Positions 28,107 to 38,784 are shown, numbered from the stretch's first letter. The stretch is DNA of 64,000 bases from Phycisphaerae bacterium (GCA_050115495.1 JASFQK010000003.1:1-64000), one strand, 5' to 3'. Notes: generated by a model from the letters alone, not told the origin. Numbers and translations are program-made.

Positions 28107-28690
28107 CAGCCCTCCGTCGATTTGCGTGAGGGGTCGCGCTCGGCCTGCGGCAGCCGGCCGGATTCGTACGCTGCCTGCAACCGCTCGTACGCCGCCTGGT
28201 AGGCGACGAAGCGGACATGATACTCGGCTCGCCGAAGCGCGTCAGGAGCCTTGTCCGGGTGCCAGCGCAGCGACGTCTCCCGCCAGGCGTGGCGAAGCTG
28301 CTCGGCCGAGGCGGTCGGCGTCAGGTGGAACAGGGCCAGCGCTTCGCGCAGGGCCAATTCGCCAGCCCGCCGCCGGAGCTGCTCGGCGATGACCCGCCGC
28401 TCGCGTGGCCCGGCCTTCTCCCGCACCCACTGCCAGTCCCACGCGTCCGGCAGGATCGCGCCCACCGTCGTACCGAACACGGTCATGAAGCGGGTGAACG
28501 GCCGCCCCTTCAGCCGCAGCAGCGTATCGGCCACCAGGCCACCGGTGGCGGCGATCCGCCCGGCGACGCTCGCCGACTTGGCCCGTTGCTGAGCCCGCCG
28601 GCCGCGCAGCAGGGGGGTGATGTCGTCCTGCCAGACGCGTCGCAGGAACCGGCGAAAGGCCTCATCGTCGTTTGAGTGTGTTGCGGTCAT
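28106..28690 (-). CDS. Protein with a C-terminal J (DnaJ-like) domain
   Basis: LRWHPDK followed by AYERL. The stop overlaps the moxR start (TGATG). Confidence 0.8.
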   Translation of the reverse strand: MTATHSNDDEAFRRFLRRVWQDDITPLLRGRRAQQRAKSASVAGRIAATGGLVADTLLRLKGRPFTRFMTVFGTTVGAILPDAWDWQWVREKAGPRERRVIAEQLRRRAGELALREALALFHLTPTASAEQLRHAWRETSLRWHPDKAPDALRRAEYHVRFVAYQAAYERLQAAYESGRLPQAERDPSRKSTEG

Positions 28691-28801
28691 GTCGGTGCTG
28701 CGGCAGTATGTCGCCCGGGCGGTCGCCTCAGGCGGTCGCTACCGGTGTTATAGCATGCGGGCCGACCGGCGGGCAGATGGTCGGCCGGAAAGGATGATTC
28801 G

Positions 28802-30358
28802 TTGATGTGGGCCTGCCTCGCCGAGGCGAGCGATACGGGACTGGAGATCGGTCTGGGCGGCGCGGCCCGCGTCTGGATCATCATCGGTGTTGCCGTGGCG
28901 GTCGCGGCCGTGTTCCGTCGCCGGTTGCCGGTCGGTGTCGGACCGGGGCTCTTCACTTGCGGGCTGAGCATGGCCCTGGCGGCGGCGTATCTGGGCGAGC
29001 CGGGCAGTTCGCTCACGCCGTTGCACCTGACGGCTTTCTTCACGGCACTCGCCATCCTGTGGCATCTCGGGGCTCGATGGATCGAGCACGCCGAGACGCC
29101 GACCGGCCCCGTGAATCGCTTCCTGGTGGCCGGCTACGTCGGCCTGACCGGCGCCTTGTTGGCGGCTGGATCGATCCTCTTTGCCGTTGACGCTCCCGTC
29201 GCCGACCGGCTCGGCTTGACGCTCTGTCTGGTGATCCTGTCGGCACTCGCTCTCCGGCGATGGCTCGACAGATCGAGCGAATTGGGCGGGCACGCGTTCA
29301 TCGCCGCTGTCGGCGGGGCTGTGTACCTGTGGGCCTTGCCCGCGGTCGGCGGGCTGCCACTCGGACGTTGGCGGCTACTGGCGGCCTGTGTCGCCCTTCT
29401 GCTGGCCCTGGTGCCCGTCTGGCGGCATTGGCAGTTCCGTCGCCACGTCTGGCGAACCGAGCCCGAACGGCTAACCGACCCGCCCGCGCCGGCCGGCGGC
29501 GTGCATACGCTTGCTCTCGTCCTCAGCATTCTGGTGGGATTGGGCGGGATTCTGTTGCCGGCTGGCGGCCTGACGCCTGTAGCGGTCGGTCTCGCCGCTT
29601 TGGCGACGTTCACCGTGGCTCATCGCGCCGGCGGCTCCGGGCTGGCGGGCCGCGTCGGATTGGCCCTGACCGCCGAGGCCGTCGTCCTCGCCGCAACATG
29701 CTGGCTGCCGGCGACGGCCGTGAACCTCATCCTCGGCATGGCCGTCGCCGCCGGCTACCTGCTCTGGCTCGCCCGCTTCTGGCGACAGCAGTTGCACGAT
29801 GGCGTCGCCTGGACGACGACGGGTCGGCTCATTCCCGACGCCCGACGTCTTGGATTGGCCCTGGCTGCCGGCTGCTTTGTGACCGCTGCCGCCGCCGCGC
29901 CGCAGGTCGCAACCGCGGCCGCTGGCTCGCTGTGGGTATCCCTGGTGGCGGCGGTCGCGACGCTGCTGCTCGCGTATATGTTGGTCGGCGAGGCGACCAA
30001 GGCCGACAGCCCGCTGATCGCCTGGTTGGCGTGTCTGCTCGCCCTGAGCGTCGCCGTGCCCGTGCAGAGTGCCCTCCACGCCGCTGGCGTGATGTGTCCG
30101 TGGGCGGCACTCGTGCCGTATGCCGCGGTGCTGCTCGCGGTGCGGGTCGGCCCGCAACGTGGCGACGGCCCGCGTGAGGCCGCATACAACGCGTTCATCG
30201 CCGGCGGCGTGCCGGTCGTCGTGCTGGCTGCGCTGGCTGTGCCTGGAGCGCTCCCACCCTCGTGGCTGGGGCCGGCCGTGCTCCTGCTCGGGCTGCTGCT
30301 GGCGGTCGGAGTGCGGCGACCGCGGTGGCGTCGGGTCGAGCCGGCGCCCAGCAGTTGA
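28802..30358 (+). CDS. Multi-pass membrane protein of unknown function
   Basis: About 14-16 hydrophobic segments in a long ORF. Confidence 0.7.
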   Translation: MMWACLAEASDTGLEIGLGGAARVWIIIGVAVAVAAVFRRRLPVGVGPGLFTCGLSMALAAAYLGEPGSSLTPLHLTAFFTALAILWHLGARWIEHAETPTGPVNRFLVAGYVGLTGALLAAGSILFAVDAPVADRLGLTLCLVILSALALRRWLDRSSELGGHAFIAAVGGAVYLWALPAVGGLPLGRWRLLAACVALLLALVPVWRHWQFRRHVWRTEPERLTDPPAPAGGVHTLALVLSILVGLGGILLPAGGLTPVAVGLAALATFTVAHRAGGSGLAGRVGLALTAEAVVLAATCWLPATAVNLILGMAVAAGYLLWLARFWRQQLHDGVAWTTTGRLIPDARRLGLALAAGCFVTAAAAAPQVATAAAGSLWVSLVAAVATLLLAYMLVGEATKADSPLIAWLACLLALSVAVPVQSALHAAGVMCPWAALVPYAAVLLAVRVGPQRGDGPREAAYNAFIAGGVPVVVLAALAVPGALPPSWLGPAVLLLGLLLAVGVRRPRWRRVEPAPSS

Positions 30359-30464
30359 GCAGTCCGGACGTCGGGCCGGTATACTCGCGATTGCAGATCG
30401 CCTTTCGGGCGAGCGACCGCTCAGGCGCGCGGCGGTTGCTTGCTGAACGCACAGTGGAGCCTTC

Positions 30465-33400
30465 GTGGCCTTTCAGCCCTTTGCCGACGAGCTGAGCGAC
30501 TGCCGGGTCGTGTACATCCCACCCGGCCTGGACGACGACCAGCGCAGCCGGTTCGTCGCCCGCGTCGCCGCCGCCGTCGCCCAGCAGACCGAACTCGCCG
30601 CTCATCGCATGGCCGTCCTCCGCCCGACTGGCGAGATCAGCGACGAGGGCGACCGGCTCCTGCTCGGCCACGAGCCGGCGGCAGCGTGCAACCCGGTGGC
30701 CATACTCGACGACCAGCGACCCGACGTCGCCACGCTCTGGTGGATCACCGCCGCCATGCTCGATGCCCTGCACGCCGCGGCGGCGGCCAAGACCGTGCAC
30801 GGTGGTATCCAACTCGGCAGTCTTTTCATCGACGAAGGCGGACAGCCAAAGCTCGGCGATTTCGGCCTCGCGCCGGCGTTCGAAGCCATAGGCGACGCCG
30901 AGGCCCGCCGTTGGACGCATTGCCAGGCTGCCGTGAGTCGGGGCGAGCGGCAACGCGTGTCGTCCGGCGCGTGGCGGCTGCTCGGCGAGGAGGAGACCCG
31001 CGAGCACGGTTGGATCGTGCCGTACGCCAGCCATGAGTTGCTCGAAGGCCGGCTGCGTTTCAATCTGAAATCTGACCAGTTCGCGCTGGGCGTGATGTTG
31101 TACCTGCTGGCCGCGGGCACGCATCCGTACGGCGCGGCGCTGTCCGACCCGACGCTCAATCTCTACTTCCACCTCGATCCGTCGCCGCTGAACGAGGAGC
31201 GACGCGACTGGGCCGAGTCATTCGAGCGGCAGCAGGCCAACCTCGCCACACAGGCCGATCGCTCGATCGTCGCGTGGGCGGAGGTTGTCACGCACCTGCT
31301 GGCCAGCGACGCCAACGCTCGCCAGGCCGCATCCGCTACGGACGAAGGCGTGCGCGAGTACCTCGACGCCAAGTGGACCGAGGCCGCCGCCGCCATCGCC
31401 GCGGGCCGTGGTTCGCTCGAATCTGGCGACGCCGAGGCATTCCTGACCACGCTCACGCCCTGGACGACGGACGAAGCCCTGCCCGAGATCTGGCGGAATC
31501 GGCTGGCGATCTGGGTGGCTGGCATCGATGCACAGAAGGGCGAATTCCGGACGCGGCACGCCCGTCGCCAGCACCTCGCCGCCGCGCAGGATGCGTTCGA
31601 CGGCATCCAGCTCGACCGTGCCCGTGCCGAGGCCGAGGCGGTCGTCAATGATCCGGAGGCCGAGGAAGACCTGCGGCACGCGGCGGAGGAGCTGCTCGCC
31701 CTGTGCAACGAGCAGGAGCAGTTCATCGCCTCCGGCGCGGATGCGGTGGCCGTCGCCTATCTCGACGCCGCCCAGGAAGCCCTCGACCACGAGGCATTCG
31801 AGGATGCCCGCCAGGTGCTCGAAGGATTGCTCCGCGATCCGGCGATGCCGCGGGCCCGTGTCGGCCGGGCTCGGCATCTGCTCGGCGACGTCGAGCTCGC
31901 CGCCCAGCGTTTGCAGCGGCAGACGGAGGAGTTGGCCGCCGCGACGGAGTCGCACCGCAAGGCCGACTATGACACGGCGGCCGTGCGGTTGGCGGAGTTG
32001 CTGGCCGAACCGCACCTGGCCGGCGGCGTGGCCGAGCGGGCCCGCCCGCTCCTGGCCGAAGCGCAAGCCGGGCAGCAACGCCGGGCGGCGCACCTGGCGG
32101 CGATTCGGCAGGGGTATGAGGCGTGGCAGGGGGGGGATCTCGTCGGCGTCGACGCTGCGTTGAACGAAGTCCCCACCGACATCGATGATCCCGCCGTTCG
32201 ACCGGAGCGAGAACGTCTGGCCGCCGCGGCGGACCGGCTTCGTGTCGTCCACGAACAGCAGAGTGAGGCGGAACGGCTGCTCGCGGCGAACGACGCTGAC
32301 GGTGCCCGTACGCTGGCGGAGAAGGCCGCTGCTGAGGACCTGCCAGCCTCGACACTTTCCGGCCTGACTGACTTGGTCAGCCGCTGCCGCGCGCTGGCCG
32401 AAGAGCAGCAACAGGCCCGGCTCTCGGCGGCGCGTGCCGCGCTCGACGAGGCGCAGCGCAGCTTCGACGCCGGCGATGTGCCGGTCTGTCGCCGGTCTCT
32501 CGAACAGGATGTGCTCGCAGCGGCGGGATTACCCGACGAAGTGCGGCAGGAGGCGGAGCGGCTGCTGCGGGAATGCCCGCGGCTGGAGCAGGCGGCCAGC
32601 CTGCTCGACCAGGCGGCGGCTGATCTCGATCGATCGGACTTCGACGCCGCCGACCGCGACGTGCAGGCCGTGTCGCCGACGGGATTGCCCGCCAGTATTG
32701 GCGAACGTTGCGAGACATTGCGTCAGGCCATCGCCGCGGCCCGCCGGAAACGTCTTGAGCAGCAGCAGACCGAGCTGCGCAAGCGGCTGGAACGAGCCAA
32801 GTTGGCGATTGAGGCCACGCGTTTCCGCGAGGCCGCCGCCACATTGCGCGAAGTCGAAGCCTCGCCGTATCTGAACGATGCGTTGCGCGCCCGGGCGGCG
32901 GAGTTGGCGCAATTGCTGGCGGCCCGCCGGCCGTCGCGTAACTACGCCGTTCCGGCGGTCGGCGGCGCGGTGCTCCTCGTTGCGGCCCTGGCCGTTACGT
33001 GGGCGCTGTGGCCGTCTTCGTCGGTCATGCCGCAGCCGGAGCCTCAGCCAAAGCCGCCGACACAACCTGTGGTCACGCCCGCCGTGCCCACGTTCGCCGA
33101 GGCATCGGAAACGCTGCAAGCCGCGCTCGCCGCCGAACTGAAGGGCCTCGACGGCCCGCATCTGCGGGGCACGCCGGCCGACGGTCTGCGGCTCGAGGCT
33201 CGCGCCGGCGAGCATCCGCTGCTGCCCCAAGCGGCGCTAACGTTCGACGCTGCCCAGGGCACGTTCTTGCCCGACGTGGATACACTGGCCAGGTGGTTCT
33301 CGCTGCAGGCGGCGGCGCTCGACGTTGTCGCCCGGCCGGGGGCACTGCGCGTTCAGGACGATGAGGCCGGAGAAGTGACGCTGACGCTGGCCGATCCAAC

Positions 33401-36104
33401 GGGTGTGCGTGTGGAGGGCGTGGACGTGCCGGGCGCGGCCGTGTTACTAACCGTCCCCGTCCGCCTGCCCGATGATCCGCGCCCAGCGAGCCAGTTCGAT
33501 CTGCACGGGCTCGTCGTCGACGGTTTCTTCGCCGCGGATGAGGAAGGCCAGGCGGCGTACGTGGTGTACCGCGACGCGCTGCGCGCACATCTCGCCGCAG
33601 ACCAGGCAGAACGCATGCATGGCGTCCTGGAGAAGCTCCAGGCCGAGGTCGCCGCCGCAGCCGAGCAGGCCACGCGGCCGAACTGGACGCCGCCGCAGTA
33701 CACGCTGCGTTTCGAGCCCGCTGACAACTTGCCGGCGAAGCTGATCGCCGAGGCGGCCGACGGGTCGTCGTTGACGCTGGGCGAGTGCGACGCGGCGGGG
33801 TTGGACGAGCTGACGCTCACGCCGGCGTGGAAAGAACGGCTCTTCCCGCCGCCGGCCATGCCGACATTCACCGAGGCCGCAGCGTCATTCCGCGAAGCAC
33901 TGCAGGCGGCGCTCGGCGCAGACTTCACACTGTCGCCATGGCCGACCGAGCCACAGACGCCGTTGGACATCGGTGCTCGTTGGGACGAGCTGGATCTGCT
34001 GCCGTTCTCACCCGTCGAGTTCGATGCAGCGACGGGCACGCTTGCTCCGCCGCCGGCGACGGTCGCCCAGTGGTTCCGCGGACAGGCGACCGTGCTGGCG
34101 GCGCTCGGCCAGCCGGCGTCGCTCGTGCTCGACGTGGCCGCGCCGTACGACGCCGACCTGACACTGGTCGATCCCGCCGCCGTGCATTTGACCGCATACG
34201 CGCCGGCGTCGCAGAGCATCGGCTTGACCGCGGCCGCGCGATTGGCGGCTGACCCGCGACCGACGGCGAGTTTCACATTTTCCGGCGAGCTCGCCGACGC
34301 CCGGCTAACGGCCGACGCCGCGGGGCAGGGGGCTTTCGCCGAGTACTTGCGTGCGTTGCAGCAGGATCGCGCCACGGCCGTTGCCGAAGAGGCCGCGCAG
34401 TCGTTGAACCTGCCCGCCGGCCTGAGCATTGCCGGTCCGGCCGAATCCGCTGGCGGGCCGGAGTTGACGCTCGACGTGCTCCGCGCGGGCGAGCGGCTGA
34501 CGACGCTACCTGCCGTCTGGGACGCGCCGACGCTCGCGTATCGTGTCGACGCCGCGGCCGGACGCACGCGCATTGCGGAAGCCCTACACGCACTCGCGGG
34601 CAGCGAGTCGTTCCAGGCGACACTCCGTGCCTCGTGGCCGGATGTCGCGAAAGCCCTGGCCGTCCCACCTACGCACCCGGCGGCAGCGTGGTTTGCCCGT
34701 TGCGTGCCGTTGGAGACCAACGTCCGACCCGCCGGCGAGTCGGCGGAATTCGGTGCCGAGACACGTGTCGTGCTCGGCCCGCCCGACGCGCCTCCCGACG
34801 AACGCATCACTATCACCGTTCCGATCGGCTTCGTGGATGGCAAGTTCACCTGGCACACGGACGCCCTCGCCGACACGCAGCAGGCTCTCCGCCAAGCACT
34901 CCAGCAACTCGCCGAGAGTCCCACGCTACGGCAGCGCCGGGCCACCGCGACCATCGCCGCCCTCGCCACCGAGTTGCAGATCGCCCAACCGAGCATCCAA
35001 ACCGCCGCCGAAGGCGACACGCTGACCGCGACCGCCGGCGGCCGCAAGCACACCTGGACTTGGAATCCAATAGCACTCGACTACGGCAACCACCAGGTAG
35101 CGGCGCCTCCCAACCTCGACGACCGCCTCGCTGCCCTGGCCGCCGCGCCGACCATCGACCCGGCGGAGTTCGTCGACGTCCTGCGCGAAGTGACGTTCCG
35201 CAAGGCCGAGGGTTACGGCGCGGAACCCTATCGCCCCGGCCCGGAGCTCTCTGCGCCAGCGCCGGAAGCAGCGCTCCTCAGCCTCAGCAACGCCCTCCAG
35301 GTCCTCACCGCCCCCACGCCGACCGCGGACCCGTTCCCGACCGTTTTCATTGAATTCTTCGCCGGCACGGACCAGGTCTACGGCCTGTCCTGGCACGCGA
35401 CCAGCGGCGCCGACGACCGCCTGACGGGTGTGACCGATCTCGCCGTCTGGCCCGTCATGTCCGCGGCGGACCTGCACGGTGCCGGCAACCCGGACCAGTT
35501 CCGCGCCCGCTACGCCACCGACCCCGAACTCGGCGAGCGCCTCCTCGGCCACGCCCTGGGAGAAGCCGGACAACCGCTGGCAGCCTCGGGCGGCGGGGCG
35601 TTCGGCGTGATTGTCGCCCCGCACGACGCTCTGTGGGCCGTCCGCTGGGAGCAGGTCCGGTTCACCCCGCGCACCATCACCAACCTCGCCAATCGCGGCG
35701 CCGATGACGCCGGCACGTTCCGCATGCTGCGCACCGTCCTCCAGCCGAAGCGCACCCGCCGGAGCGGCACGAACTGGCGCCGCGCCGGCCTGTGGTGCAT
35801 CCCGACGCTCGGCGGCGCGTGGCACGGCCCCGTCGACCCGCAGCAAACCCGCCTGACCATCGGCCGCCTGAACCTGGACAAGGGCGACGTCACGCTGCGG
35901 TTCGCCCCGCGCGGCGCCGACAACCTCGTCTTTGCCTACACCGAGGTCCCGCCGCTCGGCGACTGGGCCTGGGGCACGTTCGTCAAGGAAGTCCGCCGGC
36001 AGGAGATCGGCTACACGTTCTGGGATCGCGGCTGGCGGGAGGACGGAAGCTGGGAGCGAACGCCGTACCTGACCTTTTCGTTGCTGCGCATCGTCGGGGA
36101 GTGA
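30465..36104 (+). CDS. Giant membrane-anchored Ser/Thr kinase-like protein (probable pseudokinase)
   Basis: VHGGIQLGSLFI..KLGDFGLA, PYASHE and KSDQFALGVMLY, then helical TPR-like repeats, one TM (about 32941-33013) and a repeated extracytoplasmic domain. Confidence 0.8.
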   Translation: MAFQPFADELSDCRVVYIPPGLDDDQRSRFVARVAAAVAQQTELAAHRMAVLRPTGEISDEGDRLLLGHEPAAACNPVAILDDQRPDVATLWWITAAMLDALHAAAAAKTVHGGIQLGSLFIDEGGQPKLGDFGLAPAFEAIGDAEARRWTHCQAAVSRGERQRVSSGAWRLLGEEETREHGWIVPYASHELLEGRLRFNLKSDQFALGVMLYLLAAGTHPYGAALSDPTLNLYFHLDPSPLNEERRDWAESFERQQANLATQADRSIVAWAEVVTHLLASDANARQAASATDEGVREYLDAKWTEAAAAIAAGRGSLESGDAEAFLTTLTPWTTDEALPEIWRNRLAIWVAGIDAQKGEFRTRHARRQHLAAAQDAFDGIQLDRARAEAEAVVNDPEAEEDLRHAAEELLALCNEQEQFIASGADAVAVAYLDAAQEALDHEAFEDARQVLEGLLRDPAMPRARVGRARHLLGDVELAAQRLQRQTEELAAATESHRKADYDTAAVRLAELLAEPHLAGGVAERARPLLAEAQAGQQRRAAHLAAIRQGYEAWQGGDLVGVDAALNEVPTDIDDPAVRPERERLAAAADRLRVVHEQQSEAERLLAANDADGARTLAEKAAAEDLPASTLSGLTDLVSRCRALAEEQQQARLSAARAALDEAQRSFDAGDVPVCRRSLEQDVLAAAGLPDEVRQEAERLLRECPRLEQAASLLDQAAADLDRSDFDAADRDVQAVSPTGLPASIGERCETLRQAIAAARRKRLEQQQTELRKRLERAKLAIEATRFREAAATLREVEASPYLNDALRARAAELAQLLAARRPSRNYAVPAVGGAVLLVAALAVTWALWPSSSVMPQPEPQPKPPTQPVVTPAVPTFAEASETLQAALAAELKGLDGPHLRGTPADGLRLEARAGEHPLLPQAALTFDAAQGTFLPDVDTLARWFSLQAAALDVVARPGALRVQDDEAGEVTLTLADPTGVRVEGVDVPGAAVLLTVPVRLPDDPRPASQFDLHGLVVDGFFAADEEGQAAYVVYRDALRAHLAADQAERMHGVLEKLQAEVAAAAEQATRPNWTPPQYTLRFEPADNLPAKLIAEAADGSSLTLGECDAAGLDELTLTPAWKERLFPPPAMPTFTEAAASFREALQAALGADFTLSPWPTEPQTPLDIGARWDELDLLPFSPVEFDAATGTLAPPPATVAQWFRGQATVLAALGQPASLVLDVAAPYDADLTLVDPAAVHLTAYAPASQSIGLTAAARLAADPRPTASFTFSGELADARLTADAAGQGAFAEYLRALQQDRATAVAEEAAQSLNLPAGLSIAGPAESAGGPELTLDVLRAGERLTTLPAVWDAPTLAYRVDAAAGRTRIAEALHALAGSESFQATLRASWPDVAKALAVPPTHPAAAWFARCVPLETNVRPAGESAEFGAETRVVLGPPDAPPDERITITVPIGFVDGKFTWHTDALADTQQALRQALQQLAESPTLRQRRATATIAALATELQIAQPSIQTAAEGDTLTATAGGRKHTWTWNPIALDYGNHQVAAPPNLDDRLAALAAAPTIDPAEFVDVLREVTFRKAEGYGAEPYRPGPELSAPAPEAALLSLSNALQVLTAPTPTADPFPTVFIEFFAGTDQVYGLSWHATSGADDRLTGVTDLAVWPVMSAADLHGAGNPDQFRARYATDPELGERLLGHALGEAGQPLAASGGGAFGVIVAPHDALWAVRWEQVRFTPRTITNLANRGADDAGTFRMLRTVLQPKRTRRSGTNWRRAGLWCIPTLGGAWHGPVDPQQTRLTIGRLNLDKGDVTLRFAPRGADNLVFAYTEVPPLGDWAWGTFVKEVRRQEIGYTFWDRGWREDGSWERTPYLTFSLLRIVGE

Positions 36105-36220
36105 GGCCGACCGGACCGATTTCCAGGCCGCCTCTGTCTCCGCCGGCGCCGGAGCGGTACACTGCCGGCTTGGGGTTCCGAAGTGGTCGTAGCGGCAGGT
36201 CAGGGTGGAGAAACGGGCCG

Positions 36221-36730
36221 TTGAGCGGCGAAAGCAAGCGGAAACAGAAGGGTTCTGACGACCGGCCGCAGTCCGGGCCGACGCGCGCCGGCCGCCCCGG
36301 TCGCCGGAAGACCTGCACGCGGGCGGCGGCTCAGGCGGCCCGCTTCGGCCGCGTCCGCCGCGACCATTCCACCGAAATCGCCGAGGACTACGTCGAACTA
36401 ATCGCCCAGCTCATCACCAATCACGGTGAGGCCCGGGCTGTGGACATCGCCGAGCACCTGGGCGTCTCGCACGTCACCGTCACCAAGACGGTCGCCCGGC
36501 TGCGGCGCGACGGCCTGGTGAGCACCGAGCCGTACCGCGCGATTTTTCTGACGGATAAGGGCCGGCAAATCGCCGAAGAGTCGGCGGCCCGCCACGAGAT
36601 GGTCGTTCGCTTCCTCCGCAAGCTGGGTGTGGAGGGCGACGATGCCGAAGTGGACGCCGAGGGGATGGAGCATCACCTCAGCGCGGCGACGCTGGCGGCG
36701 ATCCGGCGTTTTGTGGAAGAAGGGGACTGA
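36221..36730 (+). CDS. mntR: Manganese-responsive DtxR-family regulator MntR
   Basis: AEDYVELI, DIAEHLGVSHVTV, LTDKG, RHE and DAEGMEHH. TTG start with GGAG upstream; start uncertain. Confidence 0.88.
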   Translation: MSGESKRKQKGSDDRPQSGPTRAGRPGRRKTCTRAAAQAARFGRVRRDHSTEIAEDYVELIAQLITNHGEARAVDIAEHLGVSHVTVTKTVARLRRDGLVSTEPYRAIFLTDKGRQIAEESAARHEMVVRFLRKLGVEGDDAEVDAEGMEHHLSAATLAAIRRFVEEGD

Positions 36731-36867
36731 ACCGGCAGGCTTGTCGGGCAGTCCGAGTGACCTATAATGCCGGGCCGTGTGGGTCTGGCAACTGGTGCGC
36801 GCCCGGAGCCCGTGATATCGGGGCCCCGGACGCTGCCTAATGGTCTGGAATGCCACGGGAGGCGGTC

Positions 36868-38775
36868 ATGGCCACCAACGGCTCCGAGCTACGCAGTATC
36901 GCCTGGTCCGAAGTCTTTCCGTTCGTACGTCTGTTCTCGACGTTTCGACACGCCATCCACTTCTACCGGCTGGGTCTGGGGCTGGCGTGCGTCGCTTGCG
37001 TCTACTTCGGCGGACGCATCCTGGACGGTGTCTGGCGGTCCGGCGGCGGAGGCGTGCTCGTCGCTCCCGACGGCAGCGTCAATGAGATTCAGGCCTACGT
37101 CTCGCGCAATGCGGTGGACTTCGCCGATTGGACGGCGACGGCGCGGGAGGGGCAGCAGCGGCGTGCCGCAGACATCGCGTGCAAGCTTGGCTACGCCGAG
37201 TCGATGGACAAGGCCCTGGGTCAATTGACCACGCGCCCGGCCAGCGAGCTGACGCGTTCGGACCAGCATGAGAAAGACGTCGCCGCGGCGCTGGGTTTCG
37301 TCGATGCCCGGCTCGAAGCCGGACTCGCGAAGGTCGAGGCTGACAAGGACATGACGGCCGACCAGAAGGCGAAGCGACGCGCCGACCTCAGAGAGGCTGC
37401 CGACTGCGTTCGCCTAGTGCTGAACGGTTGTGAACCGAGCGACCTCGGGCTGCAAACGGATGCGACCAACGCCCTCAGGACCGTCTCGAACGCGGCGGGC
37501 GCCGAGTTGCCGGAGGATCAGCAGTCAGCGCAGGAGCAGGCCAGCAAAGCGATGTCCGTCCAGGTGGACATCGGCAGGCTGAACCGCTCCCGCCCGCAGG
37601 GCCCGTTTATCTCACTCTTGCGCTACGAGGGGCAGTGCTTCGCGGGTGCGGTACAGGGCGTGTGCACGCTGCGTTGGGGCTTCTCCGGCCCGACGGATCC
37701 TCGACCGGCACTGGTGGGCAGCATCGTCGCCGCCGGCCAGGGTGTGGCCTGGCTCGTCACGCAGCGGCCCTGGTACGCGGTCTTCTACGCGCTGCTGCAC
37801 CTCGTGGTCTTTTCGTTCTTCGGCGGGGCGATCTGCCGGCACAGCGTAGTGCAGGCGGCCCGCGACGTAAGCCTGAGCTTGAACGAGCCGCTGCGTTTTG
37901 CCCGCGAGAAGTGTGCCGGGTTACTGGCCGCGGCGCTCTTCCCGTTGCTGCTGCTGCTGGCCGGAGCCGTGGTGCTGTTTGTGGTCACCGGCCTGCCGTT
38001 CATCATCGGCTGGCTGCTGTCCTGGATCCCGGGCCTTGGCGCCCTGTTCTACTGGCTCGGTTCGTTGTGGACGATCCTGGTCGGGCTGTTCTACGGATTG
38101 GCCCTGCTGGGCGGCTTGGCGCTGGCCCTGACGTTCATCGCCACCGTGCTCGGGCTGCATCTGACCTGGCCGACGATCGCCGCCGAAGGCTCTGATGCCT
38201 TCGACGCCATCTCCCACGCCGGCGGCTACATCACGCAGCGGGCGTGGCACGTGGCCTTCTATTCGTTCGTGACGCTCCTGTACGGGGCGGTCTGCTTCGT
38301 CATGGTGCGGTTGATCGCCATGACGATGCTGAAGTTTACCCACGCGATCACCGACGCCGCCCTGAGCATGTTTGGCAGCCTGTCCAGCGCCGAGACGAGC
38401 ACCGTCACCAAGCTCGACGCCATCTGGCACATGCCCGCCTGGGCCGATATGACGCTGCTGCCCTCGACCGGCACCGAGCCGTTCTGGGGCACGCTCTGGA
38501 ACGCCCCGCTCAGTTGGTCGGAGGGCCTCGCCGCCTTCTTCATCGCCTGCTGGATCTTCTTCGTGGTGGCGGCGGTCGGTGGTTTCATCGTCAGCTTCTT
38601 CTTCTGCGGCAGCACGCAGATGTACCTGCTCCTGCGTCGCGACAGTGACGGCATCGACTACGACGAGATCTTCTTCGAGGAGACCGACGAGGACCTGCCC
38701 TTCGGCGAGCAGGCCGTGGAACCCGGCCCCGTCGGCGGACCGGCCGCGGACGAGCCTCCCGCGGATAACTCGTAA
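36868..38775 (+). CDS. Membrane protein of unknown function (planctomycete-type)
   Basis: GGAGG RBS, several TM segments, WPTIAAEGSDAFDAIS and YLLLRRDSDG. Confidence 0.75.
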   Translation: MATNGSELRSIAWSEVFPFVRLFSTFRHAIHFYRLGLGLACVACVYFGGRILDGVWRSGGGGVLVAPDGSVNEIQAYVSRNAVDFADWTATAREGQQRRAADIACKLGYAESMDKALGQLTTRPASELTRSDQHEKDVAAALGFVDARLEAGLAKVEADKDMTADQKAKRRADLREAADCVRLVLNGCEPSDLGLQTDATNALRTVSNAAGAELPEDQQSAQEQASKAMSVQVDIGRLNRSRPQGPFISLLRYEGQCFAGAVQGVCTLRWGFSGPTDPRPALVGSIVAAGQGVAWLVTQRPWYAVFYALLHLVVFSFFGGAICRHSVVQAARDVSLSLNEPLRFAREKCAGLLAAALFPLLLLLAGAVVLFVVTGLPFIIGWLLSWIPGLGALFYWLGSLWTILVGLFYGLALLGGLALALTFIATVLGLHLTWPTIAAEGSDAFDAISHAGGYITQRAWHVAFYSFVTLLYGAVCFVMVRLIAMTMLKFTHAITDAALSMFGSLSSAETSTVTKLDAIWHMPAWADMTLLPSTGTEPFWGTLWNAPLSWSEGLAAFFIACWIFFVVAAVGGFIVSFFFCGSTQMYLLLRRDSDGIDYDEIFFEETDEDLPFGEQAVEPGPVGGPAADEPPADNS

Positions 38776-38784
38776 GGGCCGCCT

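Noticed and set aside
35792..36220. Long N-terminal extension of MntR
   Set aside because: It overlaps the end of the pseudokinase gene, has Arg/Pro-rich off-frame composition, and a downstream RBS and start exist.
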